From Rhodocyclaceae bacterium (GTDB taxonomy: Bacteria > Pseudomonadota > Gammaproteobacteria > Burkholderiales > Rhodocyclaceae): a stretch of DNA of 64,000 bases. Of this stretch, positions 12,221-21,814 are shown in pieces (within the stretch, counting starts at the first letter, position 1; every line of letters begins with the position of its first letter). Below the pieces are notes generated by a model, which had not been told where the DNA came from, searched no databases, and saw nothing but the letters and a program-made list of their open reading frames with translations. A program made the translations under genes and the position numbers. Location of the stretch: positions 28,680-92,679 of the forward strand of contig JAGRFQ010000028.1 in assembly GCA_020445945.1 (NCBI GenBank), written 5' to 3'.

Positions 12221-13156
12221 ATGACTTCCGCGCTGCCGGTCAACACCCTCGATCCCAATGCCATTGCCGACCTGAAGCGGCTGGCGCGGGACAACGATCC
12301 ACAGGCACTCGAAGCGGCGGCGAAGCAGTTCGAGTCGCTGTTTCTGTCGATGGTGCTCAAGTCCATGCGCGCCGCAATGCCGTCCGGCGGCCTGATGGAC
12401 AACGACCAGACCAAGCTCTACCAAAGCCTGCTCGACCAGCAGCTTGCCGCGAACATGGCGGCCAGCGGCGGCACCGGGCTGGCCCGCGCGCTGGTGCGCC
12501 AGATGAGCGGCGACCCGATGCAGGCGCCGGCCGCGGCGGAGGTGAGCGCCGGCTTCGACATTGCCAGCGTGGCGCGCCGACCGGCAAATGCTGCCGCCGC
12601 GACGCTGCCGCCGGTGGATCTTGCCGGGCGCAGCACGCCGCTTCGCCGCACGGCCACCATCGAGGCGACGCCGGCCGAGATTTCGCGCGATGCCGAGAGC
12701 TTCGTGCGCGAGCTGTTGCCGCACGCCCAGGCGGCGAGCCGCGCGACCGGCATCCCCGCCGAGTTCATGATCGCCCAGGCGGCGCTGGAAACCGGCTGGG
12801 GCAAATATCAGCTGCGCGACGCCAACGGCCAGCCGAGCTACAACCTGTTCAACATCAAGGCCGGGCGCAGCTGGCAGGGCGGCACGGTGAGCGTGGCGGC
12901 GACCGAATACGTGGATGGCCGCGCGCTGAGCGAGACCTCGCGTTTCCGCGCCTATGGCTCGTATCGCGAGAGTTTCCGCGACTATGCGCGCCTGATCGGC
13001 ACCAGCCCGCGCTACGCCGAGGTGGTCGGCCAGCAGGACGCGGCCAGCTTTGCGCGCGAGCTGCAGGCGGCCGGTTACGCCACCGATCCGCGTTACGCCG
13101 AGAAGCTCACCCGCATCATCAACGGCCCGACACTGCGCGGCGCCTTCCCCGGTTGA
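12221..13156 (+). CDS. flgJ: flagellar rod cap / peptidoglycan hydrolase FlgJ
   Basis: AAKQFESLF...LKSMR; GH73-type AQAALETGWG, NLFNIKA, GYATDP.YA.KL. Confidence 0.96.
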   Translation: MTSALPVNTLDPNAIADLKRLARDNDPQALEAAAKQFESLFLSMVLKSMRAAMPSGGLMDNDQTKLYQSLLDQQLAANMAASGGTGLARALVRQMSGDPMQAPAAAEVSAGFDIASVARRPANAAAATLPPVDLAGRSTPLRRTATIEATPAEISRDAESFVRELLPHAQAASRATGIPAEFMIAQAALETGWGKYQLRDANGQPSYNLFNIKAGRSWQGGTVSVAATEYVDGRALSETSRFRAYGSYRESFRDYARLIGTSPRYAEVVGQQDAASFARELQAAGYATDPRYAEKLTRIINGPTLRGAFPG

Positions 13157-13241
13157 TCGGTCACGTCGCCGCCTGGATGCCGCGTGGCGGCCTTCGGGGG
13201 CGTGGTCGTGCGCCTGCGCCGTTCGTCGATTGCGCGCCAAC

Positions 13242-13273
13242 TGGCATAAGTTTTGCAGCGTTCCAGTCGTAAC
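13242..13273 (+). promoter_or_regulatory. overlapping sigma54 and sigma28 promoters of flgKL
   Basis: TGGCATAAGTTTTGCA (13242-13257, GG-N10-GC) nested with TAAG-N15-GTCGTAAC (13247-13273). Confidence 0.65.
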
Positions 13274-13296
13274 AGTCTCAGCGACAAGGACTCACC

Positions 13297-15228
13297 ATGG
13301 CAGGCATGCTCAACATCGGTATCACCGGGCTCAACGCCGCACAGGCGGGGCTCAACACGACGAGCCACAACATCGCCAACGCGTCGACCGCCGGTTTCAG
13401 CCGTCAGAGCGTGGTGCAGAGCACGCTCGATCCCTTGTTCAGCGGCGCCGGCTTCTTTGGTCAGGGCACGCAGATCGACACGGTCAAGCGCTCCTACAGC
13501 CAGTTCCTCGAAAACCAGGTGCTGTCGGCCGACACCAAGCGCGCCTCGCTGGCGGCCTACGAAACCCAGATCAGCCAGATCGACAACCTGCTCGCCGACC
13601 CCACCGCCGGGCTCTCGCCGGCCTTGCAGAGCTTCTTTGCCGGGGTGCAGGAGGTGGCTGCCAACCCGTCGAGCGTGCCGGCACGCCAGGCGATGATCAG
13701 CAGCGCGCAGGCGCTGGCCTCGCGCTTCCAGTATCTCGACGCGCGGCTGTCGGAGATCCGTCAAGGCGTCGAGGGCAACATCTCAAGCACGGTCGATACC
13801 ATCAATGCCTACGCCACCGAGATTGCCGCGCTCAACCAGCGCATCGTCACCGTCGAGTCGGCCGGCGCGAGCGTGCCGGCCAACGATTTGCACGACCAGC
13901 GCAACAACCTGATCCGCGAACTCAACGGGCTGGTGCGGGTGAGCACGGTGGCCGAAGACAACGGCTCGCTCAGCGTGTTCATCGGCAACGGTCAACCGCT
14001 GGTGGTGGGCGTGCAGACCACGACCCTGAGCGCCACGCCAAGCCTCGAAGACCCGTCGCGCCTGGCGATCGGCCTGCTGCTGCCCAATGGGGCGTCGGTG
14101 CAGATGCCCGAGAGCCTGCTCAGCGGCGGCACCCTGGGCGGGCTGCTCGAGTTCCGGCGCGATACGCTGGATGTGACCCAGAACAAGCTCGGGCTGGTGG
14201 CCGCCGGGCTGGTCGAGACCTTCAATGCCCAGCATCGCCTCGGCCAGGATCTGGACGGCAATCTGGGGCTCGACTTCTTCACCCCGCTGAGCCCGACGGT
14301 GCGCGCGGTGGGCAGCGCCACCGGCACGCCGACGGTGGCCTTCGGCGATCCGGCCAAGCTCACCGGCGGCAGCTACCGGCTGACCTATACCGACACCAGC
14401 GGCGGCTATGCGCTGGTCGATCGTGCCACCGGCAACGCGGTCAGCGCGGCCAGTGTCGGCATCACCATCACCCCGCCGGGGACGACCGTGGTGGGCGAGG
14501 CCTTCGTGATCGAGCCGACGCGCCGGGCGGCCGAAGACATCCGCGTGGGGATCGGCGATACGCGGCTGGTGGCCGCGGCCGGGCCGATGCGCAGCGTGGC
14601 TGGCGGCAGCAATCTGGGCAGCGCCGCGGTGGATGCGCTGAAGGTCACCAGCGTGGCCGGCTTTGCGTCGGGTTCGCCGCATCTGGCCAGCTATTCGATC
14701 ACCTACAACGGTTCCAGCCAGTACGAAGTGCGCGATGCCAGCAACACCCTGATCGGCACCGTGGCCTACAACCCGGCGACCGACTCGGCGGGCGTCACGC
14801 GCACCTTGCCGGCGCCGCTGGGCGGCATCGACATCACGCTCTCCGGGGTGCCGAGCACCGGCGACAGTTTCACCCTCGAGAGCAACACCAATGGCGTTGC
14901 CGACAGTACCAACGCGGTGGCGCTCGGGGCGCTGCAAACCGCCAAGACCCTGCTCGGCGCGGGGGGCAACCCGACCGCCAGTTATCAGTCCACGTACTCG
15001 AATCTGGTCAGCCAGATCGGTAACAAGACCAATGAGATCAAGGTCAGCATGGCGGCGCAGGAGGGCTTGCTCGAACAGGCCACCGCGAGCCGCGAGGGGC
15101 TCTCCGGGGTCAACCTCGACGAGGAGGCCGCCAACCTGATCCGTTATCAGCAGGCCTATCAGGCGTCGGCGCGGGTGATGTCGGTGGCCTCGACCCTGTT
15201 CGACGAAATTCTGAGCATTGCGCGATAG
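13297..15228 (+). CDS. flgK: hook-associated protein FlgK
   Basis: GL.AAQ..L.TT.HNIANA.T.GFSRQ; SGVNLDEEAANL.RYQQAYQASARV. Confidence 0.96.
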   Translation: MAGMLNIGITGLNAAQAGLNTTSHNIANASTAGFSRQSVVQSTLDPLFSGAGFFGQGTQIDTVKRSYSQFLENQVLSADTKRASLAAYETQISQIDNLLADPTAGLSPALQSFFAGVQEVAANPSSVPARQAMISSAQALASRFQYLDARLSEIRQGVEGNISSTVDTINAYATEIAALNQRIVTVESAGASVPANDLHDQRNNLIRELNGLVRVSTVAEDNGSLSVFIGNGQPLVVGVQTTTLSATPSLEDPSRLAIGLLLPNGASVQMPESLLSGGTLGGLLEFRRDTLDVTQNKLGLVAAGLVETFNAQHRLGQDLDGNLGLDFFTPLSPTVRAVGSATGTPTVAFGDPAKLTGGSYRLTYTDTSGGYALVDRATGNAVSAASVGITITPPGTTVVGEAFVIEPTRRAAEDIRVGIGDTRLVAAAGPMRSVAGGSNLGSAAVDALKVTSVAGFASGSPHLASYSITYNGSSQYEVRDASNTLIGTVAYNPATDSAGVTRTLPAPLGGIDITLSGVPSTGDSFTLESNTNGVADSTNAVALGALQTAKTLLGAGGNPTASYQSTYSNLVSQIGNKTNEIKVSMAAQEGLLEQATASREGLSGVNLDEEAANLIRYQQAYQASARVMSVASTLFDEILSIAR

Positions 15229-15237
15229 GAGACGACC

Positions 15238-16401
15238 ATGCGAATCAGCACCAGCATGCTCTTCCAGACCGGCGTCAGCACGATCCAGAAGCAGACCGAA
15301 AAGCTGCTCCAGACGCAACAGCAGGTGGCCACCGGGCGGCGCATCGTTGCCCCCTCGGACGACCCCATCGCCAGCGCGCGGGCGCTGGAAGTGACGCAGG
15401 CACGCAATCTGAATACCGCGTGGCAGACCAACCAGGGCTATGCCACCGATTCGTTGGGGCTGCTCGAGAACAAGCTCGCCGCGGTCGAGGAGATCTACAT
15501 CCACACTCGCACTCGCGCGCTCGAGGCCGGCAACGGCAGCTACTCGGACAGCGAACTGGCGTCGATTGCGATCGATGTGCGCGCCAACTTCGATGCCTTG
15601 CTGTCGCTCGCCAACAGCCAGAACGGGCAGGGCGAGTATGTGTTCTCGGGCTATCAGGCGGACACCCAGCCCTACACCGGCAACCTCAACGGGGTGAGCT
15701 TTCAGGGCGATCAGGGCCAGCGCACCTTGCAGGTGTCGCCGTCGCGGATCATGTCGGTCAGCAATTCGGGCGCGGAAGTGTTCAACGCGGTGCGTGCGCC
15801 GCAGGGCAGCTTCTTCGCCGTGCCGGGGTCGCCCAACGGTGGCACCGGCCACGTGGCCGACGCGCAGACCACCGGCAGCTACGCCAACACGCGCTACAAC
15901 ATCGTGTGGGACGGCACCAACTACAACGTCACCAACGCCGATACCGGCGCCGCGGTGGTCAGCCAGAGCGGTCCGACGCTGAGCTTTGGCGCCGTGCAGC
16001 TGGAGATGGGCGGCACGCCGTCGGTTGGCGATGTGTTCGAGCTAGGCCCGCGTGCCAATGTGTTCAACATGTTCACCAACATGGTCCGCGCGCTGGAGAA
16101 TCCGTCGCCCACCGTCGGCATCGGCGGCGCCGTCGCGCAAGCGATCGCCGGCATGGATCAGGCGCTCGATCAGGAACTCAGCGTGCGTGCCTCGGTGGGC
16201 TCGCGGATGCTGGAAGTCGATGCGCTCGAATCCGTCGGCAGCGATCTCGACGTGCAATACGCCGAAACCCTGTCGCGGCTGCAGGATGTGGACTACGCCG
16301 AAGCGGTGAGCAACCTGACCCTGCAGCAGACCTATCTGCAAGCCTCGCAGCAGTCGTTCATGCGCATCACCAACCTGTCCTTGTTCAACTACCTGAGCTG
16401 A
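15238..16401 (+). CDS. flgL: hook-associated protein FlgL
   Basis: MRIST; TGRRI..PSDDP; LQDVDYAEA...LQASQQSF..I.NLSLFNYL. Confidence 0.96.
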   Translation: MRISTSMLFQTGVSTIQKQTEKLLQTQQQVATGRRIVAPSDDPIASARALEVTQARNLNTAWQTNQGYATDSLGLLENKLAAVEEIYIHTRTRALEAGNGSYSDSELASIAIDVRANFDALLSLANSQNGQGEYVFSGYQADTQPYTGNLNGVSFQGDQGQRTLQVSPSRIMSVSNSGAEVFNAVRAPQGSFFAVPGSPNGGTGHVADAQTTGSYANTRYNIVWDGTNYNVTNADTGAAVVSQSGPTLSFGAVQLEMGGTPSVGDVFELGPRANVFNMFTNMVRALENPSPTVGIGGAVAQAIAGMDQALDQELSVRASVGSRMLEVDALESVGSDLDVQYAETLSRLQDVDYAEAVSNLTLQQTYLQASQQSFMRITNLSLFNYLS

Positions 16402-16403
16402 CC

Positions 16404-16868
16404 ATGCGCCGCGCACTCGCACTTGTCGCCCTCTGCGGCGCCGCCCTCGGCGGTTGCAGCAGCGTCCCCGGCCCCGGCGAAGGCAGCTCGCAAAGCTGGT
16501 TGCTGGCCCCGGCGGCGGCGATCGCAATCGTCGAAAACGGCTATACCGAGCTGCCCCACGTCGGTATGGCGCTGGCCACCTGGGCACTGGTCGACCCGCT
16601 CGCGCCGAACTGGCAGATCAGCGCCGCGCGGCTCGACGAACGCCACGTCCGCTTCCATCTGCAGCACAAGCTGCTGCACACCGGTGGTGAGGGCGAGGCC
16701 CGGCAGGTGCTGGCGCGCAACGCCGAGCGCATCAGCCGCGAGGAAGGTTTCAGCGAGTACGAGATCATCCGTTTCGAGGAAGGCATCGAATCCACCCGGC
16801 CGTTCGCCCGCCGGACGGTGGTTGCCGACGTGCGTCTGCTCAGGGGCCGCGCGCTGCCGGGGCTTTGA
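16404..16868 (+). CDS. hypothetical lipoprotein, last gene of flgKL unit
   Basis: ATG 2 nt after the flgL stop; MRRALALVALCGAALGG-C lipobox; globular C-terminal region. Confidence 0.75.
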   Translation: MRRALALVALCGAALGGCSSVPGPGEGSSQSWLLAPAAAIAIVENGYTELPHVGMALATWALVDPLAPNWQISAARLDERHVRFHLQHKLLHTGGEGEARQVLARNAERISREEGFSEYEIIRFEEGIESTRPFARRTVVADVRLLRGRALPGL

Positions 16869-16890
16869 CGCCGGCTTGCATGGTGCCCCG

Positions 16891-16913
16891 CGTGTCGACG
16901 TAGTATCGACACG
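16891..16913. promoter_or_regulatory. palindrome (possible operator) upstream of small Cys-rich gene
   Basis: CGTGTCGA-cgtagta-TCGACACG perfect 8-bp arms spanning a TAGTAT -10-like hexamer. Confidence 0.4.
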
Positions 16914-16947
16914 TCCGCCAATGGGCGGTGGATTTCAAGGAGGGCGT

Positions 16948-17214
16948 ATGTCTCACAACTCAAAACGTGTTGCGGTGTTCGCGACTGCGGCGTGTGCCGT
17001 GCTGTCTGTGCTTGTCGTGGGGCTGCTGGGCCTGCGCGCCGGCGCGGTCGAGGCGCAGGGGGTGATGTCGGCGCCGGCGTGCCAGTGCTCGGCGGTGACC
17101 GAGGTGCCGGGGCTGTCGACCCGCCTGGCGCATTGCATGTGTGGTGCCATGGCGTGTGTGGTGAGTCGCCACGCCGCGGCGGGCAGCGAGAACCTGATGC
17201 AGTGTGTTAAATGA
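16948..17214 (+). CDS. small secreted/membrane-anchored cysteine-rich protein (88 aa)
   Basis: AAGGAGG RBS; hydrophobic N-terminus ending in AVEA; mature part with CQC, CMCGAMAC and a terminal QCVK. Confidence 0.7.
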   Translation: MSHNSKRVAVFATAACAVLSVLVVGLLGLRAGAVEAQGVMSAPACQCSAVTEVPGLSTRLAHCMCGAMACVVSRHAAAGSENLMQCVK

Positions 17215-17357
17215 GGCTTCACCGTCGCCGGCGCCGAAACGATCGGCGGCGTTTGCCGGTCTATCCCTGAACCGCGCCGTGCCCGGCCAGCGTCTTGGCG
17301 CAGCGCGGTTGCACCATTGCCGCGGGTGTGCGCGGTGACGTTTGGAGGGGCGCCGGT

Positions 17358-17726
17358 ATGGGGTTCAGCATTCGAGTGGCAGAGAGCCGCAAGTACATTG
17401 TGTGCCGGGTGCTTGGCCCGTTTACGGTCGATTACGCGCGCACCTTCACCATCGAGCTGGACCGCATCAGTCGCGCGGAGAAGATCAAGCGTTTTCTGAC
17501 CGATGTGCGAAACGCGGCCAACATCTCAAGCACCACCGAGAACTACAGGTTCGCCTACGAAGACATGCCCAGACTCGATCTGCAGCGCGATGTGCGTGCC
17601 GCCACGCTGGCGTCGCCGGGCGATCGCAGCCACGACTTCATCAAGACAGTGGCGCAGAATGCGGGGTATAACGTGCAGCTGTTTTTCGACGAGGCCGCGG
17701 CCGTCGCCTGGCTGTGCGAAGACTGA
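17358..17726 (+). CDS. hypothetical SpoIIAA/STAS-like alpha/beta protein
   Basis: GGAGG RBS; 'RFLTDVR' and C-terminal 'LFFDEAAAVAWL' pattern typical of SpoIIAA-like proteins. Confidence 0.7.
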   Translation: MGFSIRVAESRKYIVCRVLGPFTVDYARTFTIELDRISRAEKIKRFLTDVRNAANISSTTENYRFAYEDMPRLDLQRDVRAATLASPGDRSHDFIKTVAQNAGYNVQLFFDEAAAVAWLCED

Positions 17727-17783
17727 GCGCGCACGGTGCGCCGTCCGGGCCGGGCGTGGTTTCAATGACAAGGTGGCGAGAGC

Positions 17784-17999
17784 ATGCGGGATGTTGAACT
17801 GATGTGTGAGCCGGTCGAGCTCTTCAAGATTCTGAAGTTCGAGGGGCTGGTGGGCAGTGGAGGCGAGGCCAAGGCCTCGGTGGCGGAGGGGCTGGTCAAG
17901 GTCAATGGCGCGGTTGAGACGCGCAAGCGGCGCCAGATGGTGAGTGGCGACGTGGTCGAGTTCGCCGGCCAGAGACTTCGCCTGCGCCTGGGCGCGTAG
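17784..17999 (+). CDS. S4-domain RNA-binding protein (YbcJ/YaaA family)
   Basis: ELFKILK.EGLVGSGGEAK..V.EG.VKVNG.VETRKRRQ. Confidence 0.9.
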   Translation: MRDVELMCEPVELFKILKFEGLVGSGGEAKASVAEGLVKVNGAVETRKRRQMVSGDVVEFAGQRLRLRLGA

Positions 18000-18027
18000 C
18001 GCGCGGCAACGGGGCGGAGGGGGGAGC

Positions 18028-19326
18028 GTGGACGCGTTTCAGGCGTGGTGGCCGCAGGCGATGGAAGCGCTGATGAGCGCGGCGGTGCTGTATCAGCTCG
18101 GGGTGCTGCTGGCCGGTGCCGGGCTGGCGTGGCTGTTTCACATCCTGTTCAAGGCGCGCTTGCGTGCGCGCAGCGACGGTTACGCGCGCAACGACCTGCG
18201 CCGCCTGATGCTGCGCACCGTGCAGCGGCTGCTGCTGCCGGTGTCGATGCTCGGCGGGGTGCTCGTCGGGCGCGGCGTGATGCGCTCGCTTGGCCACGAC
18301 ACCACCGTGCTCGACGTGGCGGTGCCGCTGCTGGTGTCGCTCGCGGCGATCCGCCTGCTGGTCTACCTGCTGCGCAAGGGCTTTCCGGTCACCCCGGCGC
18401 TCAAGGCCTGGGAGAACATCATCGCGGCCACCATCTGGGGCCTGGTGGCGCTGCATCTGGTGGGCTGGCTGCCGGCGGTGGAGGCGGCGCTCGATGGTTT
18501 CGCGTTCAACGTGGGCAGCTCGCGCGTGTCGGTGCTGTCCACGATCAAGTTGATCGCGCTGATCTCGATCCTGCTGACGCTGGCGTTCTGGATCTCGGGG
18601 GTGATCGAGCGGCGCATGCGTGCTTCGGCACACATGAACCCCTCGCTGCAGGTCGCCTTCGGCAAGTTCAGCAAGTTCTTCCTGATCGCGCTGGCCTTTC
18701 TGCTGGCGATCGACGCGGTCGGCATCGACCTGACCACGCTCACCGTGTTTGGCGGCGCGCTCGGGGTGGGCATCGGCTTCGGTCTGCAGCGCATCACCAG
18801 CAACTTCATCAGCGGTTTCATTCTGGTGCTCGACCGCTCGATCAAGCCCGGCGACGTGATCTCGGTCGGCGGCAATGACGCCAAGTTCGGGTGGGTGCAG
18901 GAGCTGCGCGCGCGCTACGTGGTGGTGCGCGACCGCGACGGCGTCGAGCGCCTGATCCCGAACGAGAACCTGATTACCTCGGAGGTGGTGAACTGGAGCT
19001 ACACCGACACCAACACGCGGGTGCGCCTCCCGGTGCAGATCAGCTACGACGACGATCCCGAACAGGCGATGGCGCTGCTGATCGAAGCGGCCAAGGCCTC
19101 GCCGCGGATTCTGCCCGACCCGGTGCCGGCAGCGCGCATGCTGGCCTTCGCCGACAGCGGTATTGATCTGGAGTTGCGGGTCTGGATCTCCGACCCCGAA
19201 AACGGGATCGGCAACGTGCGCACCGATGTGAACCTGGCGATCTGGCGCCTGTTCAAGGACGCCGGCATCACCATTCCCTACCCGCAGCGCGACGTGCACT
19301 TCAAGGCCATGCCGGCGGCCGAATAG
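18028..19326 (+). CDS. MscS-family mechanosensitive channel
   Basis: Multiple TMs; GGALGVGIGFGLQ..TSNFISG, IKPGDVI, IPNE.LIT..V.NWS, GITIPYPQRDVH; start inferred at GTG 18028. Confidence 0.92.
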   Translation: MDAFQAWWPQAMEALMSAAVLYQLGVLLAGAGLAWLFHILFKARLRARSDGYARNDLRRLMLRTVQRLLLPVSMLGGVLVGRGVMRSLGHDTTVLDVAVPLLVSLAAIRLLVYLLRKGFPVTPALKAWENIIAATIWGLVALHLVGWLPAVEAALDGFAFNVGSSRVSVLSTIKLIALISILLTLAFWISGVIERRMRASAHMNPSLQVAFGKFSKFFLIALAFLLAIDAVGIDLTTLTVFGGALGVGIGFGLQRITSNFISGFILVLDRSIKPGDVISVGGNDAKFGWVQELRARYVVVRDRDGVERLIPNENLITSEVVNWSYTDTNTRVRLPVQISYDDDPEQAMALLIEAAKASPRILPDPVPAARMLAFADSGIDLELRVWISDPENGIGNVRTDVNLAIWRLFKDAGITIPYPQRDVHFKAMPAAE

Positions 19327-19337
19327 GCCGCCTCGTT

Positions 19338-19766
19338 TCAGGGGCGGGCGTGGACGTCGGCGGAGGCGGTGGCGGCGGTAACCAGCATCGCGAGCGGATC
19401 GGGCAGCGGCGCGCCCGGTGGGTTCGGGTCGGCGTAGGCGGCAACGATCATGGCCTGATCGAGCGGGGGGAGCCCGTGGCGGAGGCGTGCGCGGACGCAC
19501 TGGTCGCTGCCCATCGCTACCGCGCGGCAGCAGCTCGGGTGGCGGCCGTGGATGGCGCACACCGCGTCGATGCCCGGCGTGCCCGCCAGCGCGATGCAGC
19601 GCGGGGTGTTGCTCGACGTGCCTTTCATCGCCACCTCGTGCAGGCGCAGCGTCTCCGTCAATTCAAGTGGCACCGTGCCGCTTTCACAGGCGGTCGTCTC
19701 CGACCAGTGAAACGCGATCCGGTACGAGGCGCAGCACACGCCGCAACCGATGCACGCATTCGCCAT
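19338..19766 (-). CDS. YkgJ-family cysteine-cluster protein
   Basis: C..CG.CC, RC.AL.G, C.IH..HPS.CR, C.RAR.RHGL; start at ATG 19766 or 19784. Confidence 0.85.
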   Translation of the reverse strand: MANACIGCGVCCASYRIAFHWSETTACESGTVPLELTETLRLHEVAMKGTSSNTPRCIALAGTPGIDAVCAIHGRHPSCCRAVAMGSDQCVRARLRHGLPPLDQAMIVAAYADPNPPGAPLPDPLAMLVTAATASADVHARP

Positions 19767-19934
19767 GATGCGAATCCGCTCCAATAAAGATATCGAAGGG
19801 CGGCGAGGGAGCCGGGTGGCTGCGCGCCGGACAACACCGGGAACCCGATGCGGGCGCGAATATAGCGCGTCGCACGATGCTTGGGAAGCGCCGCGTGTGG
19901 CCTGCGGCTCGGGTGGCGAATGATGCGGCGGCGG

Positions 19935-21764
19935 CTATGACGTTGCGGCGCTGGCGGGCGTGGCCGGCGGCGCATCCGGTGGCGGCGTCGACGGGTCGAC
20001 CAAGACCACACCAAGCTCTTCCTCCAGAATCTGCGCCAGTTCGTGATTGGCTTCGTTGGCGCTCTGGATGAGCTGGTTCTCGTCGTGATAGAGCGCCTGC
20101 TCGCGCTTGAGCAGGGCGATGTCGTGGGCCGCGAAGCGGTCGAGAATCTGCTTCACTTTGTCGGCCGGCTTGCCCAGTTGTTCGAACACCATGCCGGTCA
20201 TCTCCAGCGTCGAGCGGAAGGTTTCGCGGGCGATCAGCTCGACGCCCAGATCCATCAGCCGGTAGGCGTGAAAGCGGTTGCGCGCGCGGGCGATCACGGT
20301 GACATGCGGAAAGTGCTTGCGCACCAGCTCGGCCGCGCGCAGTGAGGTCTCGATGTTGTCGATGGCGAGCACGAAGATTTTTGCCTCGCCCACCTGCGCC
20401 GCGTGCAGCACGTCGAGGTGCGCGGCGTTGCCGTAATAGGCCTGAATGCCGAAGCGCTTCACCATTTGCACTTCCTCGTGGTCGATGTCGAGCGCGGTGA
20501 AGGGCACCTTGCGCGCGATCAGAATGCGCCCGAGGACTTGGCCGACCCGGCCGAAACCGGCCACCACGACCGGGTTGGGTGCGTCGGGCAGGGCATCGCG
20601 CTCGGGCGTCTCCACCGGGTTGGCGGCCGCGTCGCGTGCGTTGAGCCGGTCGCCGAGAATGAACAGCAGCGGCGCGAGCGCCATCGACAGCGCGACCGAC
20701 AGGTTCAACTGGGCGACCATTTCCTGCGGCAGCAAGGCGTTGGCCTGCGCGGCGCCGAACAGCACGAAGGCGAACTCGCCGCACTGCGCCAGCGCCAGTG
20801 CCTGCATGCGCGACACCCGCTTGTTGCCGCGAAATGCGAGGCGCAGGCCGTACAAGCCGAAGCCCTTGACCAGAATCAGCGCAACGGTCAGCCCGAGCAC
20901 ATTGACCGGGTGGGCGACGATCATGCCGAGGTTGATGGTCATCCCCACGGCGATGAAGAAGAAGCCCATCAGCAAGCCCTGGAAGGGCAGGATTGCGGCT
21001 TCGAGCTCGTGACGGAAGTCGGAGTCCGACAGCAACACGCCGGCGACGAAGGCGCCCAGCGACATCGACAGCCCGCTGGCTTCGAGCAGCAGCGCAAGGC
21101 CGAGCGCGGTGGCCAGCGCGGCGGCGGTGAACATCTCGCGGCTGTTGACCCGCATCACGTGGCGGAACACCAGATCGAGCACCGGGCGGCCGATCAGGAT
21201 CGCCACCACCAGCACCCCGAGGCCGACCAGCGGGGAGACGCCGGCATCCCCGCTGCCGGCGCCGAGCAGCGGCAGCACGGCGAGCAGCGGAATCACCATC
21301 AGGTCCTGAAACAGCAGGATCGCAAAGGTGCCGCGGCCGTAGCGGCTGTGCAGCTCGTGGCGTTCGGCCAGCGTTGGCAGCACGAAGGCGGTGGATGACA
21401 GGGCCAGCGTGAGGCCCACCAGAATCGCCATCGGCCAGTCCAGCCCGAAGATCAACGCGCCACCGATGAGCAGACTGCCGACGCCGAAGAACTGCAGGCC
21501 GCCCAGCCCGAACACCGGTTTGCGCAGCGCCCACAGCCGCGAGGGCTGCAGTTCGAGGCCGATCACGAAGAGCAGCAGCACCACGCCCAGCTCTGCGGTG
21601 TGGAGCAGGTTTTCGGCGTCGTGCACCAGACCGAGCCCGAACGGGCCGATCAGCACGCCGGCGGCGAGATAGCCGAGTACGGTGCCCAGCCCGGCGCGCT
21701 TGAACAACGGCACGAGCAGGACGGCGACCACCAGCAGGGCGGCAAAGGTTGCAACCGATTGCAT
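19935..21764 (-). CDS. KefB/KefC-type CPA2 K+/H+ antiporter with TrkA_N domain
   Basis: AELGVV.LLF.IGLEL, LSSTA, LLFQD, RHELEA.I.PF.GLL, GFGRVGQ. Confidence 0.93.
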   Translation of the reverse strand: MQSVATFAALLVVAVLLVPLFKRAGLGTVLGYLAAGVLIGPFGLGLVHDAENLLHTAELGVVLLLFVIGLELQPSRLWALRKPVFGLGGLQFFGVGSLLIGGALIFGLDWPMAILVGLTLALSSTAFVLPTLAERHELHSRYGRGTFAILLFQDLMVIPLLAVLPLLGAGSGDAGVSPLVGLGVLVVAILIGRPVLDLVFRHVMRVNSREMFTAAALATALGLALLLEASGLSMSLGAFVAGVLLSDSDFRHELEAAILPFQGLLMGFFFIAVGMTINLGMIVAHPVNVLGLTVALILVKGFGLYGLRLAFRGNKRVSRMQALALAQCGEFAFVLFGAAQANALLPQEMVAQLNLSVALSMALAPLLFILGDRLNARDAAANPVETPERDALPDAPNPVVVAGFGRVGQVLGRILIARKVPFTALDIDHEEVQMVKRFGIQAYYGNAAHLDVLHAAQVGEAKIFVLAIDNIETSLRAAELVRKHFPHVTVIARARNRFHAYRLMDLGVELIARETFRSTLEMTGMVFEQLGKPADKVKQILDRFAAHDIALLKREQALYHDENQLIQSANEANHELAQILEEELGVVLVDPSTPPPDAPPATPASAATS

Positions 21765-21814
21765 GCAATGTCTCCTCTCGGCCGGCGTCGGGGGCGCCGG
21801 GCCAGCGGCCTATC

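Noticed and set aside
9608-13240. 1210-aa minus-strand ORF and 941-aa alternate-frame ORF over flgG-flgJ
   Set aside because: Shadow ORFs of high-GC coding DNA; no recognisable motifs, and they fully overlap well-supported flg genes.
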